NCBI GenBank assembly: GCA_963695875.1
Contig: CAVOID010000003.1
Span: forward strand, 64,001 to 128,000
DNA: 64,000 nt
From: an uncultured delta proteobacterium
Lineage (GTDB): Bacteria > Desulfobacterota > Syntrophia > Syntrophales > UBA2185
Direction of reading: 5' to 3'
The notes below the pieces were generated by a model, which did no database searches, was not told where the DNA came from, and saw nothing but the letters and a program-made list of their open reading frames with translations. Below are positions 11,700 to 21,538 of this stretch, one piece after another. Each line of letters opens with the position of its first letter. Within the stretch, counting starts at the first letter, position 1. The position numbers and the translations under genes are program-made.

Positions 11700-12947
11700 A
11701 TGGTCAAGACAAATCCATTTGGTATTGCAAACAGACAATTGGATCAATGCTCAAGAATTTTGAACCTGGAACCGGGCATTCATGCAGTACTTCGAGTACC
11801 TATGCGAGAACTTCATGTATCCTTACCAGTACGAATGGATGATGGTTCAATAAAAGTATTCCAGGCATTTAGAGTCCAGTATAATGACGCAAAAGGTACG
11901 ACCATAGGTGGGATCAGGTTTCATCCAGAAGAAACGATAGATAATGTCCGCGCCCATGCAGCATGGATGACATGGAAGTGCGCACTTCTTGATCTACCTC
12001 TCGGCGGCGGAAAAGGTGGTGTAATTTGTAATCCCAAGGAAATGTCGCAGGGAGAACTTGAACGCTTGAGCCGAACATACGTCGATAAACTGGGGCAATT
12101 CATAGGGCCGGAAAAAGACGTACCTGCCCCCGATGTATACACAAACCCGCAGATCATGGCCTGGATGGTAGATGAATACTCAAAACTCTGTGCAAAGAAT
12201 CAGTTTGGAGTCATTACAGGAAAACCAATCCCTCTTGGTGGTTCCGAAGGTCGCAGTGATGCAACAGCACGCGGCGGTCTGTACACGGTTCGTGAAGCAG
12301 CTCAAGAATGCGGGGTTGATCTTTCACAAGCAACAATAGCAATTCAGGGCTATGGTAATTCAGGCTACCATGCAGCAAGGCTTGCCACATCCATGTTGGG
12401 CTGCAAAGTGTTAGCTTGTAGCGACTCCAAAGGTGGTATTTACAATAAGGAAGGGCTTGATCCGGAAGCAGTCGGCATCCATAAGGCAAAGACATCTTCA
12501 GTTATTAATTTCCCTGGTGTAAAACCGATATCAAATGAAGATCTGCTGGAACTCGATGTGGACATTCTCATACCTGCTGCCATGGAAAACGTAATAACAG
12601 AAGAAAACGCCGGAAGGATCAAAGCCAGGATCATCGCGGAGCTGGCCAGTGGACCGGCAACTACCGAAGCCGATGAAATCCTCCATAAAAACGGTATTCA
12701 TGTGATACCGGACTTCTTATGTAACGCCGGCAGCGTTACCGTATCGTACTTTGAAATGGTGCAAAATGCCTATATGTACTATTGGGAAGTAGAAGATGTG
12801 CATAAACGTCTCGACAAGAAAATGACAACGGCATACCATTCAGTCCTCAATGCTTCCAGGAAGTACAATATCAATATGAGGCAGGCTGCTTATGTTGTTG
12901 CAGTTGAGCGTGTCGTTGAAGCAATGAAACTTCGCGGCTGGGTGTAA
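11700..12947 (+). CDS. gdhA: Glu/Leu/Phe/Val dehydrogenase, GDH-like with altered substrate pocket
   Basis: GGIRFHP, MTWKCA, GGGKGG, DVPAPD, TGKP, ATARG, IQGYGN, VSYFE. Confidence 0.88.
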   Translation: MVKTNPFGIANRQLDQCSRILNLEPGIHAVLRVPMRELHVSLPVRMDDGSIKVFQAFRVQYNDAKGTTIGGIRFHPEETIDNVRAHAAWMTWKCALLDLPLGGGKGGVICNPKEMSQGELERLSRTYVDKLGQFIGPEKDVPAPDVYTNPQIMAWMVDEYSKLCAKNQFGVITGKPIPLGGSEGRSDATARGGLYTVREAAQECGVDLSQATIAIQGYGNSGYHAARLATSMLGCKVLACSDSKGGIYNKEGLDPEAVGIHKAKTSSVINFPGVKPISNEDLLELDVDILIPAAMENVITEENAGRIKARIIAELASGPATTEADEILHKNGIHVIPDFLCNAGSVTVSYFEMVQNAYMYYWEVEDVHKRLDKKMTTAYHSVLNASRKYNINMRQAAYVVAVERVVEAMKLRGWV

Positions 12948-13021
12948 TTTATTCCGATCTGGAATGATGAAAGTAATATAGGAACTTGGCACAAAAAAAA
13001 GGCAGGTTCACAAAAGCCCTA

Positions 13022-15631
13022 TTATTCAATATAGCAAATTGCTTTCTGTTTCTGCGGATCAGCTGCAACTTTAGCATATTTTCCTCCAGTTGTTGCCAGC
13101 AAATCAACAATGTGTACCACATTTGTGAATTTAACCGCACCCGGCAAGAGATCTGTGAGGATATTGGGTGAGTTTTCGAAAAATTCATGATTGAAATCTG
13201 CTTCGGGGTCATTTGGATAAACCGGCATATAAATAATCCTCGCTTCGACTAAATCCAGGAAAAAGTGTGTGCCATAGGAAAATTCGGGTAAATGTCCTGC
13301 CTCCTCACGAGCAATTTCCACAAGTACAGATGCATTATTTATATCAACATAACTCACATTGACACCAAGATCGATATTGCTGCTTCCCCATCTGCCAGGT
13401 CCCATCATCATGATCTTACCCTTTGCGATCATTGGGTGATTATTTATAGATCCGACCAAGCGGCCCAGGGATTTCTTTACATCCATGGACTCAACAGCAG
13501 CATAGCGTTTAGGGTCGATATACAGTATGTAGCGGATGTCTGAAATTGTTCCGCCACTGATAGTACGACTGGATTTGAACAGTATGCGATCCTTTGGCAA
13601 CTCATCGGGAAAGGTTACCGGACCGATCGCTCCCGGTATTGTCATCGGCCGGCATTGCAGCAGATTGATCCTGACACGACCACTAGTATCTATAGAAGCT
13701 GTGAATTCTGTGTCTAGTGGATGTCCATAAGCTTTTTCAAGTCTGGTTAGCATGTCATCCATAGTCTTTATGAAATCGGTACGGCTAATCAGGTTGTTAA
13801 AAGTAAGAACAAGCTGCTGTGACGAACTGTCTAGCCGTCCTGTGAATGGATCCATCAGATAGCCGTCTGCCAATAAAGAAACGAAGAGGTGAAGATGGGG
13901 ATAGTCCCTATCGGCCAGGACGTCAATAGCAGACATAGTCGTGAATTCATTCTTCTCTAAATCAAGGATATCTGCCTCCCATTGGGAATACTTTGCAATA
14001 CGGCCTCCATACTCCGGTCTGAGCTCTGGATGGCTTATGGCGATCATTCTGGGATAGTCATTTCCAACCCTGTTCACAGCACGAGTCCCCAATCCGAATA
14101 CAAGGCGGATCAATCCCTTTGTCGCATCTATGCGATCAGTCCATGCATAGAGATTCCTCGAGCAGGCGACACCTGCAAGAGACGGGAAAAAGTATTTTTT
14201 ATATGGCATCCCCGAAACACGCTGCACAAGGATAGCCATCTGTTCATCTCTATCCTCCAGATCCATAGCCCGGCGGTAGGATAGGGCGTCTGGATTCAGG
14301 GCACTGGCATATACGAGTTTCACGGCTTTCAAAAACGCTTCCAGGCGTTCTTCGGAACTACCTTGATTTGCACAAAATTCGCTGCGGTATTTTCCGGCAA
14401 AGGCATTCCGAAAACTATCTTCCAAAAGACTGCTGGATCTGACAATGATTGGCGCCTGACCGAAATAATCTAAAATGTTATAGAATTGTTCAGTGATCTC
14501 CGGGGGGAATTTGCCCCCCAGAAAACGCCTTTCTACTTCCTCAAATTCATCATGGGAAATATGGGAACTTCGGGTCAACTGCAGGCGCAGACGGAAGAGG
14601 TCGTTGTTTACCAGAAAGGTGAAGAATACATCCGATCCGATATAAAAAGAGTCGTGGGTTTCCAGGATCTGTGTAAAATCCTTGGTCCCGTCCTCCATGA
14701 GGATGCGTCTTGCCAGAAGCATCCCAGCTGCCTTTCCACCAATTTGACCCGACCCGATTAATCGATCCCGTATACCCAGAAGATCACTAATTTTGAAATA
14801 GGAGTCCGCCAGCCTGTTGAATTCGGGATGGCTCCCTATCATCATCCGCAAAAGCTCCTGTTTAAGGGCTGAGATTTCCGGTATTGTTTCTGATAGATCC
14901 TTTTCCGTTTCCTGGTATTGCAGCAGTTTCCTGAATACACTTTCCCATGGGGCTATCGATTTTGCCATAATGTAAAGCGGTTTTTTACTAGCCCTTTCAG
15001 ATACCGCTGCGGCATCCCCGCTGTAAAAAACAGGAACCCAGGCTGTGCCCGACATCATGTGAGGAAGGAACATCTGAGGAGAGTATCTGTCCCATACTTT
15101 AAGCGGATGGAGGTACAACATTCCCTGTACATGGTACACATCAATCAGCAACTGGGTCGTGTCTCTAATCCTTGCGACGGCACTGTGGGCGTGTTGACCG
15201 CGTGTTAGGGCAAAGTATGCAACTGTGTCCATCTCAAAAAGATAGGGACATGTCACCTGGAAAAAATTTGCCAGAAGCTCATCAGTTGCCCATTGAACGA
15301 CAAGAGCAGAGAGGTTATCAAATATATAGAAGGCTTCTCTACCAAATGATTCTATAATTTTATTGACTTCACCGCTAAAAGTGTCAAAACCCGCCTCCGG
15401 ATTCAACCTAATGACTGTGAGACCTGGCCGGGATTCAAGAATCTCGGAGTGAGGTGCAAAACGTAGATAGACGCATTTCCGTCCATCTAAAATAGCCTGA
15501 GCTGCGAAAGGTTCCGCAAAATACTTGTACTCCTCCAGATAGTCAACCTGCCAAACGACATTGTCGCCATATCGTAGGCCCTGAAGCACCTCATCAAGTG
15601 AAGATAGGCCGCTTTTTATTGTTGTTTTCAT
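13022..15631 (-). CDS. PEP/pyruvate-binding (PPDK-N ATP-grasp) domain protein with N-terminal degenerate KaiC/RecA-like domain
   Basis: IGGKAAG, VRSSSLLED..FAGKY, MAILVQ, FGLGTRAV, DTEF..LLQCRP; N-terminus SGLSSLDEVLQGL; C-terminus GPGRWGS...SYGTHFF. Confidence 0.85.
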   Translation of the reverse strand: MKTTIKSGLSSLDEVLQGLRYGDNVVWQVDYLEEYKYFAEPFAAQAILDGRKCVYLRFAPHSEILESRPGLTVIRLNPEAGFDTFSGEVNKIIESFGREAFYIFDNLSALVVQWATDELLANFFQVTCPYLFEMDTVAYFALTRGQHAHSAVARIRDTTQLLIDVYHVQGMLYLHPLKVWDRYSPQMFLPHMMSGTAWVPVFYSGDAAAVSERASKKPLYIMAKSIAPWESVFRKLLQYQETEKDLSETIPEISALKQELLRMMIGSHPEFNRLADSYFKISDLLGIRDRLIGSGQIGGKAAGMLLARRILMEDGTKDFTQILETHDSFYIGSDVFFTFLVNNDLFRLRLQLTRSSHISHDEFEEVERRFLGGKFPPEITEQFYNILDYFGQAPIIVRSSSLLEDSFRNAFAGKYRSEFCANQGSSEERLEAFLKAVKLVYASALNPDALSYRRAMDLEDRDEQMAILVQRVSGMPYKKYFFPSLAGVACSRNLYAWTDRIDATKGLIRLVFGLGTRAVNRVGNDYPRMIAISHPELRPEYGGRIAKYSQWEADILDLEKNEFTTMSAIDVLADRDYPHLHLFVSLLADGYLMDPFTGRLDSSSQQLVLTFNNLISRTDFIKTMDDMLTRLEKAYGHPLDTEFTASIDTSGRVRINLLQCRPMTIPGAIGPVTFPDELPKDRILFKSSRTISGGTISDIRYILYIDPKRYAAVESMDVKKSLGRLVGSINNHPMIAKGKIMMMGPGRWGSSNIDLGVNVSYVDINNASVLVEIAREEAGHLPEFSYGTHFFLDLVEARIIYMPVYPNDPEADFNHEFFENSPNILTDLLPGAVKFTNVVHIVDLLATTGGKYAKVAADPQKQKAICYIE

Positions 15632-16112
15632 TTTATAATTTAATAAATCTTGTTCAATAATGTTTTTACCTAATGAATAGGCGCAGTTACATATACTAAA
15701 AAATTAAGTTTTTTCAAATATACTCTTTCTCCTGGATTGTCCCTCTGAAACCTAACATTTTGAGAAAAAATAACCCAAAGATACTAAATATCAAGAAACC
15801 TCAATGCTTTTCAAGTTTCGGCTCTTCAAGAGCCTTATTTTCGATAAAAAAGAGCACAAATAAACGAACGTAAAAAGAAGGGACAGTGAGATCGATTTCA
15901 CTAAGCGGCCGCGTGAACATATAATGCACATAGCTGCCCATCTATCCGTAAAGCAACAAAAATGATTCAAATTACAGAGGACAGGAAAAAAGTTGGGCCA
16001 CTGAAGTAACTAGGGTATAGTCTAAATTTGGACAATTTAATTACTATATACAAAATTGATCATATATTTACAAAGTTCCATTTTTCTTATGTTATCTTAA
16101 ATTAATAAATAA

Positions 16113-16128
16113 AGAACATTTTTGTTAT
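16113..16128. promoter_or_regulatory. AACA-N4-TGTT palindromic site (identical 15-bp core also at 16280-16294)
   Basis: GAACATTTTTGTTAT occurs twice in this intergenic region. Confidence 0.5.
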
Positions 16129-16139
16129 TCCTTATATAT

Positions 16140-16155
16140 TGGCCTTGATTTTGCT
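16140..16155 (+). promoter_or_regulatory. Sigma54 (-24/-12) promoter
   Basis: TGGCCTTGATTTTGCT, GG-N10-GC; sigma54 activator encoded nearby. Confidence 0.7.
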
Positions 16156-16481
16156 TTTAAAATACATTGTCGTTCTAAATTTAAAATAAAAGTTGCATTT
16201 TTGTATAAAATATTTTATATGAATGTAAAGAAATATTATTTTAAAAAATGAATTTTTTTAATTTATTTATTTCAAAAGGGAACATTTTTGTTATACATCA
16301 GTTAATACTGCTGTGATTAATATTGTCTCGGAGGTCTGATCAATACAAATTATCATCCTTCGCTATTCATGGATAAGGGTAATATATTAACAAAAAACAG
16401 TCAAGGCATTACAAGTGGAATGTAGGTTTGGTTGAATAAAAATTATTCATTTTTCAAAACTATATAAAAAAGGAGGAGAAT

Positions 16482-16850
16482 ATGTCTATTAATTGGGGTC
16501 CTTTCTTTATTGTTCCGTCTGAGTCACAAAGGACTCTTTCGGGAAGGGTTGTTTTAAGGGAAAGTTTCGATGAAGAATTACTAAAAAAGGAACTGGACCA
16601 GCTCGGATATTCGCATGCTGCTATCAAGGCAACAAATCCATGGTACTATCGCAAAAAGAACACCGAATCCTGGATAAAGATTGACGAATCTGCAGACAGA
16701 CAAAATAATTTCGCTGTTCCCTGGGAAACAACAAAGTTGGAAAATGGTGAATACCAGATTCTGGGTGTCATGCACGTATCAATCAAAAAAGGCGATGATG
16801 AACAAATAATTGCCAGACAGAATATAATGGATGTTACGATAAAGAATTAG
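16482..16850 (+). CDS. Hypothetical protein, possible Ig-like beta-sandwich
   Basis: AAGGAGG RBS; WETTKLENGEYQI resembles the bacterial Ig-like WDT..NG.Y pattern; followed by terminator. Confidence 0.7.
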   Translation: MSINWGPFFIVPSESQRTLSGRVVLRESFDEELLKKELDQLGYSHAAIKATNPWYYRKKNTESWIKIDESADRQNNFAVPWETTKLENGEYQILGVMHVSIKKGDDEQIIARQNIMDVTIKN

Positions 16851-16863
16851 CTTCTGAAAGAAG

Positions 16864-16888
16864 CCACTTATATTAAGTGGATTTTTTA
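16864..16888 (+). terminator. Intrinsic terminator
   Basis: CCACTT-TATATT-AAGTGG then T-run. Confidence 0.55.
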
Positions 16889-16950
16889 CTAAAGCATTTC
16901 GCAATTGAGTAAAATCCTATATCAAGAAAGGGAGGGGTTCTGCATTAGAG

Positions 16951-18561
16951 ATGACTAAGCCCATATGGAGTCCATCGCAGATTGGAACAACGGGTGGTAA
17001 AGACTTAAGTATTCATAATTACGAGGAACTTGCCGCGCTTCATGCAATTGCAAAGATACTGGCACAGCCCCAGGAGTTACGGGATCATCTTGAGCAGGTC
17101 CTGAAGGAGATGAGTCTTCGGCTGGGAATGGAACGAGGGATGATTTCCCTTCTTGACCGTGAGACCGGGGAAGCCTGGCTTGATATCGCCCATGGTGTCA
17201 ACATTCAAGGGCTTGAAGTCATGTATAAACCTGGCGAAGGTATTACAGGTAGGGTAGCACAAACTGGCCGTCCCATGGCAATTGCCAATCTTGGCAAGGA
17301 GACACACTTTCTTGACCGTACAGGTGCGCGGCGTTCACTAAACAGAGCCGAACTTACCTTTCTGTGTGTACCAATTATTTATGATGCCCGTGTTGTTGGA
17401 GTAGTTTCTGCAGACAAGGTGGCACGCAATGTGGAAAATCTTGATCGCGAACTGGCCATGCTTTCATCGGTTTCTGTACTTATTGCCAGAGCTGTCCATA
17501 CGCGCGCCCTCGAGGAGGAAAACCGCCGTCTGAGAATGATTGTCGGCCGTTCACAAACCCCGTCTGTTGATATCATCGGTACTTCCAGGTCTATGCAGGA
17601 AATCTTTGGTCTTATTGCTCAGGTTGCCGATACGAATACAACAGTATTAATAAACGGAGAAACCGGTACCGGCAAGGAACTAGTAGCAAGAGCAATCCAT
17701 CTGAATAGCTCGCGAAAAGAAAGGCCACTCATTTATGTAAATTGTGCTGCAATGCCGGATACTCTGATAGAAAGTGAACTCTTCGGCCACGAAAAAGGCG
17801 CATTCACGGGTGCTCTGCACCAGCGGAGGGGCCGCTTTGAAGAAGCTAATGGCGGCACAATCGTTCTTGATGAAGTCGGTGAGCTATCCGCAGCAGCTCA
17901 GGCAAAGTTGTTGCGGGTCCTACAGGAAAGACAAATCCAGCCTTTGGGATCATCAAGAGTTGTGAATGTCAATGTTCGTGTAATAGCTGCAACCAATAGG
18001 GACCTTGATCAGGATATTATCTCGGGACGGTTTCGTACCGATTTATATTATCGTCTGAACGTGTTTCCGATTTACTTGCCATCGCTTCGAGAACGGGGCA
18101 GCGATATTATAATGCTGGCAGACCATTTTGTTATAAAATATGCGAAGGTACTTAACAAGCCGGTTAAACGAATTTCTACACCGGTACTGGAAACATTTTT
18201 GTCCTATCAGTGGCCGGGCAATGTTAGAGAACTTGAAAACTGCATGGAAAGGGCGGTCTTAGTGGCAAACGGTGATACTATTGAAAGCCTTCATCTCCCT
18301 CCGTCTCTTCAGGTAAAGGCACGGGATGGAGAGAAAAAAGAACAAGGAAAATTGAAAAATGTTGTCGAAAGTCAGGAGAGAGCCCTTATTATCGATGCCC
18401 TGAAGGAAACAAGGGGAAATCAGAGCAAAGCCGCAAAATTACTTGGTACCACAAAGAGAATTACCCAGTATAAGATTCAGAAATTCGGTATTGACCCATG
18501 GCAATTTCGTCCTAAGAGGAATGGGGCAATAGTAAATCATTTCGAAGAAGGGAAAATATAG
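16951..18561 (+). CDS. GAF-domain sigma54-dependent activator (NifA-like architecture)
   Basis: GAF ([15 protein letters not shown]), Walker [34 protein letters not shown], Fis-type HTH. Confidence 0.93.
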   Translation: MTKPIWSPSQIGTTGGKDLSIHNYEELAALHAIAKILAQPQELRDHLEQVLKEMSLRLGMERGMISLLDRETGEAWLDIAHGVNIQGLEVMYKPGEGITGRVAQTGRPMAIANLGKETHFLDRTGARRSLNRAELTFLCVPIIYDARVVGVVSADKVARNVENLDRELAMLSSVSVLIARAVHTRALEEENRRLRMIVGRSQTPSVDIIGTSRSMQEIFGLIAQVADTNTTVLINGETGTGKELVARAIHLNSSRKERPLIYVNCAAMPDTLIESELFGHEKGAFTGALHQRRGRFEEANGGTIVLDEVGELSAAAQAKLLRVLQERQIQPLGSSRVVNVNVRVIAATNRDLDQDIISGRFRTDLYYRLNVFPIYLPSLRERGSDIIMLADHFVIKYAKVLNKPVKRISTPVLETFLSYQWPGNVRELENCMERAVLVANGDTIESLHLPPSLQVKARDGEKKEQGKLKNVVESQERALIIDALKETRGNQSKAAKLLGTTKRITQYKIQKFGIDPWQFRPKRNGAIVNHFEEGKI

Positions 18562-18569
18562 GTTAATAT

Positions 18570-18613
18570 GTGACAATTTTGTTACTAATATCATTAAAAA
18601 ACATAATTGTTCT
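18570..18613. promoter_or_regulatory. Tandem ACA-N4-TGT sites, candidate enhancer upstream of the glutamate synthase operon
   Basis: GTGACA-ATTT-TGTTAC (18570) and AAAACA-TAAT-TGTTCT (18598), 28 bp apart. Confidence 0.55.
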
Positions 18614-18793
18614 TTCTTATTGAGTAAAGGGATTATTTCCCTCTTATATTTGCATACTGTTTATTTGACTTTAGTTAAAAATATGTGTAGTTGAAACCCT
18701 GTTTTTTATGGAAGGTACATTTTAGTTTAATTAATACAGGCCTTGTGTATAGCGGTATTCCCTGCCTGGATAGTTAAAGAGAGGAAAAAATTT

Positions 18794-19925
18794 ATGTGCC
18801 GTTTATTTGCTATTACAAGCACAGAACCCCTTTCCCCGATGGTTGCATTGCGTGCTATTGATGTCATGAAGGAAGGTCATGACGGGTCAGGTACAGGACT
18901 GTTTATGACCGATCTGGCTGGTGGCTTTGAGCATCTCAGGAAGGGGCCAATTCTGTCAGGTACCTTTACCAATGAAGGAGTCAAAGTACTGGACCGTTAC
19001 ATGATGGATCGCGATTTTATGGTGAAGTACGAGCTTTCGATTCGCCCAACAAAGCAACCACCTCCGGGTACACCGAAGAGGGACAACTACCTGATCCGTG
19101 TTTATGAATATCCGCCCGGATGGGAAGCGCTCAGCGAGGCGGAGATTCAGTTTCGTTTGATGATGACCCGCTTACAGCTGCGAAAAATGGGAGAAGAAGA
19201 CGGGTCCATGATGATTTTCAGCTTCTGGCCCGATGTTATTATGATCAAGGAAGTCGGCGATCCCATGGTCATTGCGGATTATCTTGGGCTGAATCGAAAA
19301 GAGCTGCAGGCCCGTACGATGCTTGCCCAGGGACGGCAGAATACCAACTACGCTATTAACATCTATGCGTGCCACCCTTTCTTTATCCAGGGAATTGCGA
19401 CCATGACTAACGGGGAAAACACTGCATTTGTCCCCATCAGAGAATTTCTCATGTCGCGGAATTTTCCAGGTTACATCGGATATCAGTCGGACTCGGAGAC
19501 ATTTACTCATATCCTGCATTACACGATCAGACATTTAGGGAAGGGCTTGGATATGTATAAACATGTGATTACCCCCCTTAAGGGATGAAGAAATGGAGCA
19601 TCACCCCGATGGCTCTTGGCTGCGCATGTTAAAGCAGAGCTGTCGTCCTTTAATTATTGACGGTCCAAACTGCGTTATGGGCTGTCTGCCGGACAAGACT
19701 CTTTTTATGGTTCAAGACAGCAAGAAATTACGCCCGGGAGTCGTCGGCGGAAACCCCGGGATGTTTGCCTTTTCTTCTGAAATGTGCGGGCTGGATGCTA
19801 CAATTCCGGCACGTGATAAAAGCCGGGATTTTCAACCAATGAAATACGATACTGTTATAGTCGGCCCGGAACGTCGGGAGGTAGAGATATGGAATCAATG
19901 GGATGCATTACCCCATCCACACTAA
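18794..19925 (+). CDS. Class II glutamine amidotransferase subunit of split glutamate synthase (GltB1-like; frameshift near 19583)
   Basis: N-terminal Met-Cys nucleophile (MCRLF), GRQNTN, CHPF, NGEN, SDSE, KLRP. Confidence 0.88.
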
Positions 19926-21526
19926 GTACAAAAGATCTGCCCTGGATAATCCTCTGGAATAAGGAAAAATGCACCCTCTGCGGTAGGTGTACTGCAGTTT
20001 GCCCTGTTCGTGCAATTGAGCTGGGAGTTCACAGGAAGCGGGCCATACAGGTATCCATCGGTCTGGAGGAAAAGCCCGGCAATCTGTTTACAGCGTTTAC
20101 CACGGCATCGACCAGCGTACAGACCCGGTCCATGCCTGTGTGGGCTGTGGAATGTGCAATCTTGTCTGTCCGAACAATTGCATAATCCCCGTCCATAATG
20201 AGGAAATTGATAAATTGCGCTTCCATATTAATGTGGGGGGCGTTCCGCGACGACGTGGCGGACGTCGCAACGTACCAGGGGCTGTGTCTGGATCAGATCA
20301 AATTCATCCGCATTTCCATGCTAACCGACCCGGCCCTGGATGCTGGACGCCACGAATTTGAACTGAGGACCCTTTTAGGACGAATTCTGCCGCCCGAGGA
20401 GATGCTGAAGGTCACCAGGGAGACACGGCTGGATACCGCCGGTACGGGAAATTTATCCCCTTATCATCGGAAGCATGTCATTCGGTGCTCTGTCGCCCAA
20501 TATGTGGGAAGGCCTTCAGATGGGCGTGGCCTATCTGAATGAAGAACTGGGGATGCCAGTGCGGATGTGTACTGGCGAAGGAGGCTGTCCGCCGAGGCTG
20601 CTCAGGTCTCGATTTTTGAAATATGTAATTCTCCAGATTGCTAGCGGTTATTTTGGCTGGGACGAAATCATCCATGCCCTGCCCGAGATGAAGGAAGACC
20701 CCTGCGCCATCGAAATTAAGTACGGTCAGGGGGCGAAACCGGGTGATGGCGGCCTACTGATGTGGTACAAGGTGAACAAATTGATCGCCGCTATCCGCGG
20801 TGTGCCGTCCGGTGTCAGTCTGCCCAGTCCGCCTACTCATCAGACAAAATATTCTATCGAGGAATCCGTCGCCAAGATGATCCAGTCCATGTACATGGCG
20901 TGGGGTTTCCGGGTACCCGTGTATCCGAAGATTTCGGGAACGAGTACGGCTCTGGCGGTTCTGAATAACCTGACGCGAAATCCCTACGCGGCGGCACTGG
21001 CCATCGACGGCGAGGATGGCGGTACCGGTGCGGCATATAATGTCTCAATGGACCATATGGGACATCCCATTGCCAGCAATATCCGGGATGCCTACCTGAA
21101 TCTGGTCAAGCTCGGGAAACAGAACGAAATTCCGCTGTTCGGCGCGGGCGGCATCGGTAAAAGCGGCAACCTGGCAGCAAATGCAGCCGCCCTGATCATG
21201 CTGGGGGCAAGCGGTGTACAGACTGGAAAATACCTGATGCAGGCCGCAGCCGGATGTCTTGGTTCTGAAAGTGATCGCTGCAACATCTGCAATATCGGCA
21301 TCTGTCCGAAGGGAATTACTTCTCAGGATCCGCGGGTGGATCGAAGACTGGACCCGGAAAAGGTCGCCGAACGTCTAGTGGAAATCTTTCTCAGCTTTGA
21401 CACGGAACTGAAAAAAATTGTTGCGCCTCTGGGTCGCTCCACATCGCTTCCCATCGGTATGTCCGATGCCATCGGCATTGCGGATCATCATGCTGCGGAG
21501 CGACTTAGTATACGGTATGTCTGTAG
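19889..21526 (+). CDS. gltB: Glutamate synthase FMN subunit with N-terminal ferredoxin (GltB2-like; several frameshifts, end approximate)
   Basis: CTLCGRCTAVCP, CGMCNLVCP, MSFGALS, TGEGG, QIASG, EIKYGQGAKPGDGG, DGEDGGTGA, CNICNIGICPKGITSQ. Confidence 0.9.
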
Positions 21527-21538
21527 TAAGGAGTATTC

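Noticed and set aside
13022..15631. Annotation as PEP synthase (ppsA) or clock protein KaiC
   Set aside because: No pyruvate-binding TIM barrel, and no Walker A in the KaiC-like part.
16166..16481. Glutamine or cyclic-dinucleotide riboswitch in the long leader
   Set aside because: I could not match the conserved cores of the glnA or GEMM-I motifs by eye.
16951..18561. Gene symbol nifA / nitrogen fixation
   Set aside because: No nif genes in the window, and I noticed no TGT-N10-ACA site at the adjacent promoters.
19580..19595. TGA in the amidotransferase gene as selenocysteine or programmed recoding
   Set aside because: The protein continues in a different frame. One extra G in AAGGGATGAAG explains it.
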